From Bacteroidales bacterium (lineage in GTDB: Bacteria; Bacteroidota; Bacteroidia; Bacteroidales; NBLH01): a stretch of DNA of 64,000 nt. Where the stretch lies: assembly GCA_016937695.1 (NCBI GenBank), contig JAFGWC010000119.1, positions 9,691-73,690 of the forward strand, written 5' to 3'. Within the stretch, counting starts at the first letter, position 1, and each line of letters opens with the position of its first letter. The notes under the pieces were generated by a model. That model was given only the letters and a program-made list of their open reading frames with translations. It searched no databases and was not told the origin of the DNA. A program made the translations under genes and the position numbers. Shown here in pieces: positions 30,013 to 41,240 of this stretch.

Positions 30013-31353
30013 TTAAGCTAGTCTGTGTTTTATAGAAAAATCAGTTAAAACCATATCTAAATTAGGTTCACCAATTTCTTGTAAATCGTAATAAATACGA
30101 GTATTTGGTTTGTCTATTTTAATAATTCTATTTAAATCTATCGGAGTTCCAATAATTACAGAATCGCAATCAACATTTTTAATAGTTTGTTCCAAATCTT
30201 TAAGTTGCTGTTCGCTATATCCCATTGCAGGCAATAAATTGCCAATATTTGGATAAATTCTGTAAGTTTCGGCTAATTTACCAACAGCATTATTTCTTGG
30301 ATCAATAATTTCAGCAGCACCAAATTTTTGAGCAGCAATTGTTCCTGCTCCAAGTTTCATTTCTCCATGAGTTAAAGTTGGTCCGTCTTCAACAACAAGA
30401 ACTCTTTTACCTTTAATAAGTTCAGGATTATCAACTTTAATAGGTGAAGCGCCGTCAACAACAATCGCTTTTGGATTAACCTGAGCAATACTTTCACGTA
30501 CAATTTGAATTCCTTCAGGACTAGCAGAATCCATTTTATTTATAACAATAACATCAGCTAATCTCATATTTACTTCTCCGGGATAATAGCTTAATTCATG
30601 TCCCGCACGATGAGGATCGGCAACAGTAATAGTTAAATCAGGTTTGTAAAAAGAAAAGTCATTATTACCACCATCCCATAAAATAACATCACATCCATCA
30701 GGATCTTTTTCTGCGTCTCTTAAAATTGCTTCATAATCAACACCTGCATAAATTACATTTCCTCTAACTACATGTGGTTCATATTCTTCCATTTCTTCGA
30801 TAGTGCATTTATGTTTCTTAAGATCAGCAACTTCTGCAAATCTTTGAACTTTTTGAGCAACTAAATCGCCGTAAGGCATTGGATGACGAACAGCAACAAC
30901 TTTTAAGCCTTTTGCCATTAGATATTCAATAACTTTTCGTGAGGTTTGACTTTTTCCGCATCCTGTACGAGTAGCAACAACAGCCACAACAGGTTTAGTG
31001 CTTTTTATCATAGTATCCTTTGGACCTAACAATTCAAAATTAGCTCCGGCAGCATTAACCAAAGCACTCATTCTCATAACTCTCTCATAAGGAACATCGC
31101 TGTACGAAAAAACACAATTATCAACATTGTTTTCTTCTATTAATTTTGTAAGATCTTCTTCAGCATAAATAGGAATTCCTTGAGGATAAAGTTCGCCTGC
31201 TAATTCAGCTGGATATTTTCTGCCATCTATATCAGGAATTTGAGCTGCAGTAAAAGCAACCACATTATACAAATCATTGTTTCTAAAATAGGTATTAAAG
31301 TTATGGAAATCTCTTCCGGCAGCACCAATAATGATAACATTCTTTTTTGCCAT
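30013..31353 (-). CDS. COG2403 P-loop protein, arginine synthetase (ArcE)-like; often annotated cyclic 2,3-diphosphoglycerate synthase or GTPase
   Basis: GAAGRDFHNFN, RTGCGKSQTS, RHPMPYG, TIEEMEEYEPH, WDGGNND, EDGPTLTHG. Confidence 0.75.
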   Translation of the reverse strand: MAKKNVIIIGAAGRDFHNFNTYFRNNDLYNVVAFTAAQIPDIDGRKYPAELAGELYPQGIPIYAEEDLTKLIEENNVDNCVFSYSDVPYERVMRMSALVNAAGANFELLGPKDTMIKSTKPVVAVVATRTGCGKSQTSRKVIEYLMAKGLKVVAVRHPMPYGDLVAQKVQRFAEVADLKKHKCTIEEMEEYEPHVVRGNVIYAGVDYEAILRDAEKDPDGCDVILWDGGNNDFSFYKPDLTITVADPHRAGHELSYYPGEVNMRLADVIVINKMDSASPEGIQIVRESIAQVNPKAIVVDGASPIKVDNPELIKGKRVLVVEDGPTLTHGEMKLGAGTIAAQKFGAAEIIDPRNNAVGKLAETYRIYPNIGNLLPAMGYSEQQLKDLEQTIKNVDCDSVIIGTPIDLNRIIKIDKPNTRIYYDLQEIGEPNLDMVLTDFSIKHRLA

Positions 31354-31516
31354 AATTGTTTAAGTTTTAAGTGTTAATTAATTTTTATTGATCATTGACA
31401 AATATACATTTTTAAATTCTAATAAATAATGAGTTTTATCTATGTTTAGAAAAATATTTTTTTTATAAGTTTTGGTATGATAAATTTGCATAATACTCAA
31501 TTATTGATTTTTTTTA

Positions 31517-32119
31517 ATGAACTATTTAGCACATTTACTTTTATCTGGTGATAATGATGAAATTAAGCTAGGAAATTTTATTGCTGATGCAGTAAAAGGG
31601 AAAAACTATAAAGTATTTTCAACAAATATTCAAACAGGAATAATTCTGCACAGAAAAATTGATTATTTTACTGATAATCATCAAATTACCAAAGAACTAT
31701 CATTTACTTTGAGAGAAAAGTACAAAAAACATTCTGGTATTGTAGTGGATATTTTTTATGATTATTTTTTAGCTAATAATTGGGAAGAGTATTCTGAACA
31801 AAAATTCGAAAACTTTATTTCAAATACGCACGCTTTATTAATCCACAATTATAAAATTTTACCTCCAAAAATAAAAAGGGTATTGCCATTTTTAATTGCA
31901 AAAAAAAGATTATTAAGTTATAAAAAAATAATAGGAATAAGTGATGTTTTAACAGCAATGTCTAAATATACATCACTTCCATATGAAACAGATTTTGCAA
32001 TAAAAATACTAACGGAAAATTATGATGAGTTCAACACGAAATTTAATCATTTTTACAAAGAGATTGATCAATATGTAAAAGAAGAATTAAGCTCTATTTC
32101 AAAGCTGCTCTATTCTTGA
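31517..32119 (+). CDS. acpH: ACP phosphodiesterase (AcpH/DUF479)
   Basis: MNYLAH, GNFIADAVKG, HRKIDYFTD, DIFYDYFL. Confidence 0.85.
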   Translation: MNYLAHLLLSGDNDEIKLGNFIADAVKGKNYKVFSTNIQTGIILHRKIDYFTDNHQITKELSFTLREKYKKHSGIVVDIFYDYFLANNWEEYSEQKFENFISNTHALLIHNYKILPPKIKRVLPFLIAKKRLLSYKKIIGISDVLTAMSKYTSLPYETDFAIKILTENYDEFNTKFNHFYKEIDQYVKEELSSISKLLYS

Positions 32120-33517
32120 AGCATCAAACCTTATAAAAATAAATAATAAAATAGTAAACGACCACAAAGAAGAACCACCATAACTAAAAAAAGGCAAAGG
32201 AATACCAATTACAGGTACCAAACCTATTGTCATTCCAATATTTATAACAATATGAAAAAATAAAATTGATATAACGCCATAACCATAAAATTGGCTCAAT
32301 CTACTCTTCTGACGTTCAGCCATATTTATCAACCTCAATAGCAAAAACATAAATAACAAAATTATTACAGAAGTTCCTATAAAACCCCATTCTTCACCAA
32401 CTGTGCAAAAAATAAAATCGGTATCTTGTTCCGGTACAAAATCAAATTTTGTTTGAGTTCCTTGTAAAAAGCCTTTGCCGGAAAAACCACCTGAACCAAT
32501 AGCAATTTTAGATTGATTAACATTATATTCAACTCCTGTAGGATCACTTTCAAGTCCTAAAAGAACATTAATTCTTGTTCTCTGATGTTTTTCTAAAACT
32601 TTATGAAATAAATAATCAACTGAGAATGTAAAAAACAACGAACCTATTAATATTGAAGCTATTAACGCAAAGTTTTTTATTTTATTAATATATACAGGAT
32701 AAATTAAAACTATTATTGTTGATATTATTCCGAGAAATAAAATATAGGATTTAGGTAAATTAAAAAAATAAATATTCCCTACAATAAAAACTAAATTAAC
32801 CGAAATTAAAACCAACAGTCCTACTAAGGCAGCTTTAATGTTCCTTTCAAATATATAAAATATAAGAATCGATAAAATAGGTAAAATAATAGTTAAATAA
32901 TACACATCTATCATTAATGCAGAAACAAACAAAACTCCTAAAATTGCAAATAAAGCTATAATCCATGACCATAAACCACCACGATATAGAACAATTATAA
33001 AACTAAAATAAACTAAAGCAGAACCAGTATCATTTTGTAAAATAATTAATGCTGAAGGTGTAAATATAATAACTGTTGCTTTTATTAAATCATTAATTCT
33101 AGTTATTTTAAAATTATAAGCACTCATAAATCTGGCTAAAGCCAATGCAGTAGTAAGTTTTGCAAATTCAGCCGGTTGTATTCTTATACTTCCTATTTCA
33201 AACCATGATCTTGCTCCATGTACTTTTGTTCCAAATAATAATACAGCAATTAAAATTATCAGCATAAATAAATATGCAGGATAAGCAAAAAAATCATATG
33301 CTTTTGAATCGATAATGAATATTAAAATAATCAAAACAATTGAAATCGATATCCAAATTAATTGTTTTCCATATCTTTGAGTTATATCAAATATATTTCC
33401 ATGATCTTCGTTATAAACAGCCGCATATATATTTCCCCAACCTAAAATCACAAGAATGAAATATATCGCAACTGTAGTCCAATCGATATTCGAAATTACA
33501 TTTGATGTTCTTCTCAC
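32099..33517 (-). CDS. rodA: Rod shape-determining SEDS protein
   Basis: GARSWF, IQPAEFAK, QNDTGS, QSKIAIGSGG, PEQDTDFIF, SYGGSS. Confidence 0.95.
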   Translation of the reverse strand: MRRTSNVISNIDWTTVAIYFILVILGWGNIYAAVYNEDHGNIFDITQRYGKQLIWISISIVLIILIFIIDSKAYDFFAYPAYLFMLIILIAVLLFGTKVHGARSWFEIGSIRIQPAEFAKLTTALALARFMSAYNFKITRINDLIKATVIIFTPSALIILQNDTGSALVYFSFIIVLYRGGLWSWIIALFAILGVLFVSALMIDVYYLTIILPILSILIFYIFERNIKAALVGLLVLISVNLVFIVGNIYFFNLPKSYILFLGIISTIIVLIYPVYINKIKNFALIASILIGSLFFTFSVDYLFHKVLEKHQRTRINVLLGLESDPTGVEYNVNQSKIAIGSGGFSGKGFLQGTQTKFDFVPEQDTDFIFCTVGEEWGFIGTSVIILLFMFLLLRLINMAERQKSRLSQFYGYGVISILFFHIVINIGMTIGLVPVIGIPLPFFSYGGSSLWSFTILLFIFIRFDASRIEQL

Positions 33518-35334
33518 TTTGTTGGGTTCATTAGGTTTGTATTAATAATTCTATCTTCAAGATATTGTCTTGAAATAGAGTCATTTATATATTTTTCGAT
33601 TATTAAACTAGACATAGGCGCAGCCCATGTGCTTCCAAAACCTGCATTTTCAACAAAAATTGCAATTGCTATTTTTGGATTATCTCTAGGCGCAAATGCA
33701 ATAAATATTGAATGGTCTTTTCCATGTGGATTCTCTGCAGTACCTGTTTTTCCACAAATACTTATATTATCAAGAAATGCACTTCTTGCTGTACCAGCTT
33801 TAACAACCAATTCCATACCTTCAATAACAGGTTCAAAATAAACAGAATCAATTCCTACATATTGTTTTTGATAAAATCTGTTATCAATACTATCATTTCT
33901 ATTAATATTTTTTACAATATGTGGAATATAATAATATCCTCTGTTTGCAATTGCTGATGTAACATTTGCCATTTGTAAAGGAGTAATTCCAAGTTCACCC
34001 TGACCGATAGCCATAGAAACCAGTCTAAGAGGTTTCCATCTTCTTTCTACTTCAAAATATTTATCATAATGCTCTTTAGAATATACTAATCCACTAACTT
34101 CATTTATTAAATCAGTGTTTAATTTTCTTCCTATTCCAAACTTTTGAAGATAATCTCGCCAACTCTTATATGCCAACCCAATTGACTCATATTTGCTATT
34201 TTTTAAAATCTTCATGAATACTTGTGAATAATATGCATTACATGAGCCTTGAATTGAATAAGTAAATGTAACAGCCGAGCCATGGTGACAATGCTGATGA
34301 AAACTTCCTACTCTATAGCCTCCATTACAAGGCAAAACAGTTTTTGCAGTAATTACTTCTTCTTGCAAACCTATTAGTGCATTTACAGGTTTAAAAGTTG
34401 ATCCGGGAGGATACATTGCTCTTATTGCTCGATTAAATAAAGGTTTTTCATTGTCTAAAAGAAGTTTTCTGTAATTATCTGTTCTTTCTCTACCAACCAG
34501 CAAATTCGGGTCGTATGTTGGGCTTGTAGCAAGGGCTAATATTTCACCAGTTGAGGGTTCAATTGCAACAATACTCCCTTTTTTGTTTTTTAATAATAAT
34601 TCGCAGTAAGCTTGCAATTTAGAGTCTATTGAAGTAACAATATTTGAACCTACTACAGCTAATGTATCAAATTTGCCATCTTTATAGCTCCCTTTTAATC
34701 TGTTATGAACGTCAACCAGAAATATATTTATTCCTTTTCGTCCTCTTAAATTATTTTCGTATGATTTTTCTATTCCGCTAATTCCAATATAATCTCCTGA
34801 TTTATAATAAGCATTTTTTTTAATCATTTTATCATCTACTTCTCCAACATATCCTAAAAGACTAGCTGCTATTGGTTTAGTATAAGATCTTATGGTTCTT
34901 GTTTGCGTGTAAAAGCCTCTAAATTTGTAAAGTTTTTCAGCGAGTAAGCCATATTTGTCAAAAGGTAAAAGTTGAATTATGATTGTTTGTTTAAATCTTG
35001 AATAACTTTTGGCTTCTTCTAATTTTTTATTAAGCTCGTCTTTTGAAATATTTACAATATTACAAAATTCTGTTGTGTCAAAAACTTCTAATTCGTTAGG
35101 AACAACAATAACATCATAAACAGGTTGATTATAAACTAATAAATCGCCATTCCTATCAAAAATCAAACCACGTGAAGGATATTGAATAATATGTCTAAAC
35201 ACATTATTATCGGCAGATCTTTTATAAGTATTTTCCATTATCTGAAGAGAAGCTAATTTAGCTATATAGATAAGCAAAATCAATATTATAAATCCGGCAA
35301 TAAAATATTGTCTATTTGAATTTGTTGTTTCCAA
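33514..35334 (-). CDS. mrdA: Penicillin-binding protein 2
   Basis: RGLIFDRNG, PPGSTFK (SxxK), SCN, KTGT. Confidence 0.95.
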   Translation of the reverse strand: METTNSNRQYFIAGFIILILLIYIAKLASLQIMENTYKRSADNNVFRHIIQYPSRGLIFDRNGDLLVYNQPVYDVIVVPNELEVFDTTEFCNIVNISKDELNKKLEEAKSYSRFKQTIIIQLLPFDKYGLLAEKLYKFRGFYTQTRTIRSYTKPIAASLLGYVGEVDDKMIKKNAYYKSGDYIGISGIEKSYENNLRGRKGINIFLVDVHNRLKGSYKDGKFDTLAVVGSNIVTSIDSKLQAYCELLLKNKKGSIVAIEPSTGEILALATSPTYDPNLLVGRERTDNYRKLLLDNEKPLFNRAIRAMYPPGSTFKPVNALIGLQEEVITAKTVLPCNGGYRVGSFHQHCHHGSAVTFTYSIQGSCNAYYSQVFMKILKNSKYESIGLAYKSWRDYLQKFGIGRKLNTDLINEVSGLVYSKEHYDKYFEVERRWKPLRLVSMAIGQGELGITPLQMANVTSAIANRGYYYIPHIVKNINRNDSIDNRFYQKQYVGIDSVYFEPVIEGMELVVKAGTARSAFLDNISICGKTGTAENPHGKDHSIFIAFAPRDNPKIAIAIFVENAGFGSTWAAPMSSLIIEKYINDSISRQYLEDRIINTNLMNPTK

Positions 35335-35346
35335 AATTGAAACTAA

Positions 35347-35859
35347 TTACTTTCTGTAAACTATATATTGACTTAAAACAATTATTGATAAAGTAATGAA
35401 TGAACCAATTATTACTTTTATTAATGTTAATCCTAAATTATCAAATCCAAAAGCATCTAAAAAATAATAGGCAATTTGATGAAATAAGATAAGAATTGCC
35501 GCATATTTTATAAACCAAACTAATCCTTGATAATAAATTCGGGGAAAAGTTGATACTTCATATCCATCTCTTGGAGATAAAGAATTTAGTATCCAAGGCC
35601 TTATAAATGCTATTAACACTGAAGCTGATGAATTTAACCCTAATGTATCTGAAAATATATCTATAAGTAAGCCAAGAAAAAAAGCAGTTATTAATAACAA
35701 CCAATTAGGAGTTTCAAAAGGTGAAAGAATAATATAAAGTATATAAACAAATGGAATTATTCCAAAACTTGTTACATTGATATTATTAAAAATAAAGATT
35801 TGTAAAAAAATCAAAATAAAAAATCTAATGATATTTCGATAAATAATATTAATACTCAT
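35347..35859 (-). CDS. mreD: Rod shape-determining protein MreD
   Basis: Hydrophobic, GLLIDIFSDTLG; position between mreC and mrdA. Confidence 0.88.
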   Translation of the reverse strand: MSINIIYRNIIRFFILIFLQIFIFNNINVTSFGIIPFVYILYIILSPFETPNWLLLITAFFLGLLIDIFSDTLGLNSSASVLIAFIRPWILNSLSPRDGYEVSTFPRIYYQGLVWFIKYAAILILFHQIAYYFLDAFGFDNLGLTLIKVIIGSFITLSIIVLSQYIVYRK

Positions 35860-36673
35860 CTTCTGCTAAATTTTCGAGATTAATTTGCTCTTTTCGTTGT
35901 AAATTTTTAATTACATACACATTTCTTATGCTTTTAAAATCGGTTGATAATTTAACTTTTAAGTCATAAAAATTATTGCTTTCACTCGTTTCAACTTTAT
36001 AAATTACTCCAAGATTAATTCCTTCAGGAAAAATTGCTGAAAATCCACTTGAAACAACTGTGTCGCCAATATTTATATTAGTATGATTGGGTATTTCGGT
36101 AAACTCAGCAAATCTATAATCATCAGCATTCCATTTTAAAGTTCCAAAATAGTTGTTTTTTTTAATTTTTGCACTTAGAGCTAGTCTTTCATTTAAAAGA
36201 GATACAACAAGAGCGTATCTATTTGAAACGGCAGCTACAACACCAACAATTCCTTCATTTCCAATTATGCCACAATCTTTATCAACACCATCTAGCTTGC
36301 CTTTGTCAATTGTCATGTAGTTTTTCCCTTTGTATACCGTGTTATTTATAACTTTTGCAGCAATATATGGATATTGAAGAGAATCTGATTTTTGAAAAGA
36401 TTTATTGTCCTTATTTTTTTCTATTATCTGAATATCATTTTTTAATTTTAAATTTTCAGCTCTTAAATCTTCATTTTCTTTAGCTAAAATAAAATATGAT
36501 CTCCAATTATTAATTTTATTATAAAAATAACCCGAAACTACATTAGCAGAACTATAAACAACATTTTTTTTGTTAATATCTTCAGAAATAAAAAGGCTCA
36601 AAGATATTGTTTCAAGAATAATGAAAATTAATAGAAAGTGAAAACGTACAATTACTTTCAGTAGTGTATTCAT
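35849..36673 (-). CDS. mreC: Rod shape-determining protein MreC
   Basis: TM plus coiled coil; AKVI, IDKG, GIVG, GDTVVSSG..FPEGI. Confidence 0.93.
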   Translation of the reverse strand: MNTLLKVIVRFHFLLIFIILETISLSLFISEDINKKNVVYSSANVVSGYFYNKINNWRSYFILAKENEDLRAENLKLKNDIQIIEKNKDNKSFQKSDSLQYPYIAAKVINNTVYKGKNYMTIDKGKLDGVDKDCGIIGNEGIVGVVAAVSNRYALVVSLLNERLALSAKIKKNNYFGTLKWNADDYRFAEFTEIPNHTNINIGDTVVSSGFSAIFPEGINLGVIYKVETSESNNFYDLKVKLSTDFKSIRNVYVIKNLQRKEQINLENLAEDEY

Positions 36674-36690
36674 CTATAAATAACAAAAAA

Positions 36691-37713
36691 TTATCTCATT
36701 AAGAAATGGAATTTATCAACATTTTTAAGAGCAATTCCAGTACCTCTGGCTACTGCATGAAGAGGATCTTCTGCTATATGAACAGGAATATTAGTCTTTT
36801 CATTTAATCGTTTATCTAGTCCTCTAAGTAAAGCTCCTCCGCCAGCAAGATAGATGCCTTTATTAAAGATATCGGCATAAAGTTCAGGTGGTGTTTCTTC
36901 AAGTACACTTATAATAGCTGTTTCAATTTTAGCTAATGATTTATCTAAACAATGTGCTATTTCTTGATATGAAACAGGTATTTCTACTGGTAAAGCAGTC
37001 ATTTGATGTGGACCTCTAACCATAAAATCAGGTGGTGGATTTTCAATGTCAGGAATTGCTGCACCTGCATTTATTTTAATAGCTTCTGCTGTTCTTTCTC
37101 CAATTTTTAAATTGTGTTGATGACGCATATATTCTTGTATTTCAAGAGTAAAATCATCACCTGCAGTTCTTATAGATTTATTAGCAACTATACCACCTAA
37201 AGATATTACCGCAATCTCTGTTGTACCTCCCCCAATATCAATAACCATACTGCCTTCTGGTGCTTGAACATCCAAACCTATTCCTAAAGCCGCAGCCATA
37301 GGTTCGTGGATTAAGAAAACTTCTCTTGCACCTGCATGTTCAGCAGAGTCTCTTACCGCTCTAATTTCAACCTCAGTACTTCCTGATGGTATACAAATTA
37401 CCATTTTTAAATTTGCTGCAAAAACACTTTTTTTCGAGCTTGCCATTTTTATTAAACCTCTAATCATCATCTCAGCAGCATTAAAATCAGCTATAACCCC
37501 ATCTCTAAGAGGACGAATAGTTCTAATGTTTTCATGTGTTTTCCCATGCATTTGTCTTGCCTGGGAACCAATAGCAATCATTTTACCTGTATTTGTATCA
37601 ATGGCAACAATGGACGGCTCGTCAACAACTATTTTATCGTTTTGAATAATAATTGTATTTGCAGTTCCTAAATCAATAGCAATTTCTTGCGATAAAAAAG
37701 AAAATAAACCCAT
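36691..37713 (-). CDS. mreB: Actin-like rod shape-determining protein
   Basis: IDLGTANT, RPLRDGVIADF, EPMAAA, DIGGGTTE, GGGALLRG. Confidence 0.97.
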   Translation of the reverse strand: MGLFSFLSQEIAIDLGTANTIIIQNDKIVVDEPSIVAIDTNTGKMIAIGSQARQMHGKTHENIRTIRPLRDGVIADFNAAEMMIRGLIKMASSKKSVFAANLKMVICIPSGSTEVEIRAVRDSAEHAGAREVFLIHEPMAAALGIGLDVQAPEGSMVIDIGGGTTEIAVISLGGIVANKSIRTAGDDFTLEIQEYMRHQHNLKIGERTAEAIKINAGAAIPDIENPPPDFMVRGPHQMTALPVEIPVSYQEIAHCLDKSLAKIETAIISVLEETPPELYADIFNKGIYLAGGGALLRGLDKRLNEKTNIPVHIAEDPLHAVARGTGIALKNVDKFHFLMR

Positions 37714-37743
37714 ATTTTATAATATCTTTTCTTGTTTGTATAA

Positions 37744-39273
37744 TTAATGTTTAAAATGTCTGATTCCTGTAAATGCCATAGACATATTGTTTTTATTACA
37801 ATAATCTATAGAATCTTGATCTTTGATTGAACCTCCTGGCTGAATTACAGCATTAATACCTTCATTATTAGCAATTTCAACCGAATCGGCAAAAGGGAAA
37901 AAAGCATCAGATGCCATAACTGCGCCCTTTAAATCAAAACCAAATTGTTTTGCTTTTTCAATTGCTTGTTTTAAGGCATCAATTCTTGATGTTTGACCAA
38001 CTCCACTGGCAATTAGCTGTTTGTTCTTTGCTAAAACAATTGTATTTGACTTTGAATGCTTAACCAAAATATTTGCAAAAGCTAAATCATTATATTGCTC
38101 TTTTTTTGGGCTGTTAACCGTAACAAGTTTCATATCTTCTTTAATTTCAGTTTTTAAGTCCTTATCTTGAACTAAAACGCCATTTAATAAAGATCTAAAT
38201 TGTTTTTTTGGAAGCTCAATATTATTTTTTTTAAGTATAATCCTATTCTTTTTCGATTTTAAAATAATTAAAGCTTCATTTGAATAACTTGGAGCAATAA
38301 TTACTTCAAAAAACAGTTTGTTAATTTCATCTGCTGTTTCTATATCTATCTCTCTATTTGAAGCTAAAACACCTCCAAATGCTGATATTGGATCTCCTGC
38401 AAGTGCATCATTCCATGCTTGTTTCAAATTATCTCTTGAAGCCAAACCACATGCATTATTATGTTTTAAGATTGCAAATGTTGTTTCTGTAAATTCAGAG
38501 ATTAAATTAGCAGCAGCTTCGATATCAAGTAAATTATTATATGAAATTTCTTTTCCATGAATTTGTTCAAATAATTTATCGAATTCGCCGTAAAAAAATC
38601 CACTTTGATGTGGATTCTCGCCATACCTTAATTTTCTTTTTTGCGAGATATCTGTTTTAAAGCTTGATGGTTCATTTCCTGAAAAATAATTAAAAATAGC
38701 AGTATCGTATGAAGATGAAATATCAAATGCCTGTTTTGCAAAAGTTTTCCTTGTTTCAATATCAGTAATCCCTTTGTTTTCTTTTAAAATTTTCAATAAA
38801 TTTTTGTACTGATTTTTTGAAGATACGACTAAAACATCATTAAAATTTTTTGCTGCAGCACGAATTAAAGAAATACCGCCAATGTCAATTTTTTCAATAA
38901 TTTCTTGCTCAGAAGCGCCTGAATTTACAGTATCAACAAAAGGATACAAATCAACAATAACCAAATCTAATTCAGGGATTTCATATTCATTTAAACTTTT
39001 CTTATCGTTTTCGTTTTCTCTTCTTGCTAAAATACCTCCAAATACTTTAGGATGAAGAGTTTTAACTCGTCCACCTAAAATTGAGGGATAAGATGTTAAG
39101 CTCTCAACAGACTGAACATCAACATTTAAGCTTTCAATAAAAGATTTTGTTCCTCCGGTAGAAAAAATATTAACATCTAAATTTTTTAGTTCCAGAACCA
39201 TTTCATCTAAACCATCTTTATGGAAAACGGAAATTAAAGCAGATTTTATTTTTTTCAAATCACTCATTTTCAA
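37744..39273 (-). CDS. purH: Bifunctional AICAR transformylase/IMP cyclohydrolase
   Basis: STGGT, GRVKTLHP, IDIGG, LRYGENPHQ, ASDAFFPF, RHFKH. Confidence 0.97.
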   Translation of the reverse strand: MKMSDLKKIKSALISVFHKDGLDEMVLELKNLDVNIFSTGGTKSFIESLNVDVQSVESLTSYPSILGGRVKTLHPKVFGGILARRENENDKKSLNEYEIPELDLVIVDLYPFVDTVNSGASEQEIIEKIDIGGISLIRAAAKNFNDVLVVSSKNQYKNLLKILKENKGITDIETRKTFAKQAFDISSSYDTAIFNYFSGNEPSSFKTDISQKRKLRYGENPHQSGFFYGEFDKLFEQIHGKEISYNNLLDIEAAANLISEFTETTFAILKHNNACGLASRDNLKQAWNDALAGDPISAFGGVLASNREIDIETADEINKLFFEVIIAPSYSNEALIILKSKKNRIILKKNNIELPKKQFRSLLNGVLVQDKDLKTEIKEDMKLVTVNSPKKEQYNDLAFANILVKHSKSNTIVLAKNKQLIASGVGQTSRIDALKQAIEKAKQFGFDLKGAVMASDAFFPFADSVEIANNEGINAVIQPGGSIKDQDSIDYCNKNNMSMAFTGIRHFKH

Positions 39274-39813
39274 GCTTTTTAAATAATCAACAAAATTAAT
39301 AATTTCAAATCATTTATCAACTTTAATTTACAAAAAATCAAATAAATTTACACACATACTTATCAACAAGGTTCTTAACATATTAAAAATAATTTTGTAA
39401 ATGTAAATTATCTAAAATATAAATATAATTGACAAAATAATGAACAAGTTAATTTAAATTTTTAAATGTAATATTTTAATAATGGAAAGCTTACTTTATT
39501 TTGTTTTTGATATAGAATATTTTGTGTAAAATATAAAAAATCCGATTTTTAAGAATGCTGGTTTAATTGTATTGTTTTATAATGGTGCAATTATATAAAA
39601 TATAACAATATAGCTATTTGAAGTTTTTTTTATGCAAAAAGTCTCAGTTAATTTATTTTTTTCTTATATCGAACTCAGATTAATAATCATCAATAATTCT
39701 ATAAATTATTATTGAAAAAAATAATAATTTCATATTTGCATTAACATATCTCATATAATTTGCTTTTTAATTGTATTTAGTATCTTTGTTAAAATTATAA
39801 AAAATAAATCCTG

Positions 39814-41058
39814 ATGATAATCTTATATCTTTTAAAGGAGAGTTTTCTTTTTGCACTCAACTCGTTGGTTACAAATAAATTAAGGACTTTACTTTCTTTG
39901 CTTGGAATAACAATTGGTATTTTTGCAATTATCACAGTATTTACAGTGATTGATTCACTTGAAAACAGCATAAGGACTAGCATTTCAAAACTTGGCGACA
40001 ATGTAATTTATGTTCAAAAATGGCCATGGGCTATGGGCGGTGATTATCCTTGGTGGAAATATTTAAACCGGCCTGTTCCAAAACTTGAAGAGGCTGGTAA
40101 AATAATGAAAAAATCGCAGTTGGCAAAAGATGCTGCTTTCATGATTTTTGCTGAAAAAAACATTCAATTTGAGGATAATTATGCAGATAACATAAATATT
40201 GTTGGAGCTTCTCATGAGTATGAAAATATAAGATCTTTTGAATTGACAGAAGGCAGATATTTTTCACTTTTTGAATCTAATAATGGAAAAAACTTTGCTC
40301 TTATAGGGAGTGAAATTGCGAAAGATTTATTCCCAAATATAAATCCAATAGGAAAAACGATAAAAATGTCAGGGAAAAAGCTCAAAGTTATTGGAGTTTT
40401 TAAAAAAGAAGGAAGCGATTTGTTTGGAATGAATATGGACAATCAAATACTTATCCCAATTAATTATGCAAAAAGTATTTTTGATTTGAGAAACGAAAGG
40501 CTAGGTCCATTAATAATGATAAAGGCAAATGAAGGTGTGAGTTCAAATGAACTAATTGATGAATTGACAGGAATAATGCGCTCAATAAGACGCTTGAAAC
40601 CCACTGAAGATGATAACTTTGCGTTAAACCAATCGAGTCTTATTTCTCAAGGATTTGATTCACTTTTTAAAATTATTGATATTACAGGAATAATTATTGG
40701 TGGTTTTTCAATTTTGGTTGGTGGTTTTGGTATTGCAAATATTATGTTTGTTTCTGTTAAAGAACAAACTAAATTAATTGGCATACAAAAAGCATTAGGT
40801 GCAAAAAATTATTTTATTTTACTTCAATTTCTTTACGAATCTATTATTTTGTCGCTTATTGGAGGTGTTTTGGGTTTATTAATTATATTTATTGGCACAC
40901 AAATAATTTCTAGTGTATTTGAAATGGATTTCTCTCTAAGTTTATGGAATGTTTCACTTGGCTTAATAATCTCTATATCGATAGGAATTATTTCAGGAAT
41001 AATTCCTGCATATAAAGCTGCAAAATTAAACCCTGTTGAAGCAATTGCGTCAACTTAG
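39814..41058 (+). CDS. MacB/FtsX-like ABC transporter permease
   Basis: LRTLLSLLGITIG, GFGIANIMFVSVKE.T..IGI.KALGA, PAYKAAKLNP. Confidence 0.9.
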   Translation: MIILYLLKESFLFALNSLVTNKLRTLLSLLGITIGIFAIITVFTVIDSLENSIRTSISKLGDNVIYVQKWPWAMGGDYPWWKYLNRPVPKLEEAGKIMKKSQLAKDAAFMIFAEKNIQFEDNYADNINIVGASHEYENIRSFELTEGRYFSLFESNNGKNFALIGSEIAKDLFPNINPIGKTIKMSGKKLKVIGVFKKEGSDLFGMNMDNQILIPINYAKSIFDLRNERLGPLIMIKANEGVSSNELIDELTGIMRSIRRLKPTEDDNFALNQSSLISQGFDSLFKIIDITGIIIGGFSILVGGFGIANIMFVSVKEQTKLIGIQKALGAKNYFILLQFLYESIILSLIGGVLGLLIIFIGTQIISSVFEMDFSLSLWNVSLGLIISISIGIISGIIPAYKAAKLNPVEAIAST

Positions 41059-41240
41059 TTTAGCCCACATTATTCATAAAAATGTGGAGTTGAAAGTCAA
41101 AATTTTATGTTGATTTTTTGTTCTAATTTTATAGCCCATATCTGAGCTGTTGAAATACATCTAAATATCACATAATTTTATGAATTTTAAACATTTAACT
41201 TTATAACTCCCTAATTACGTGAATAATTCGGCTTAAGTTT

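Noticed and set aside
31473-31491. TGGTAT...TTGCA sigma54-like sequence upstream of acpH
   Set aside because: GG-to-GC spacing is 2 bp too long; it fits the ordinary TAnnTTTG element instead.
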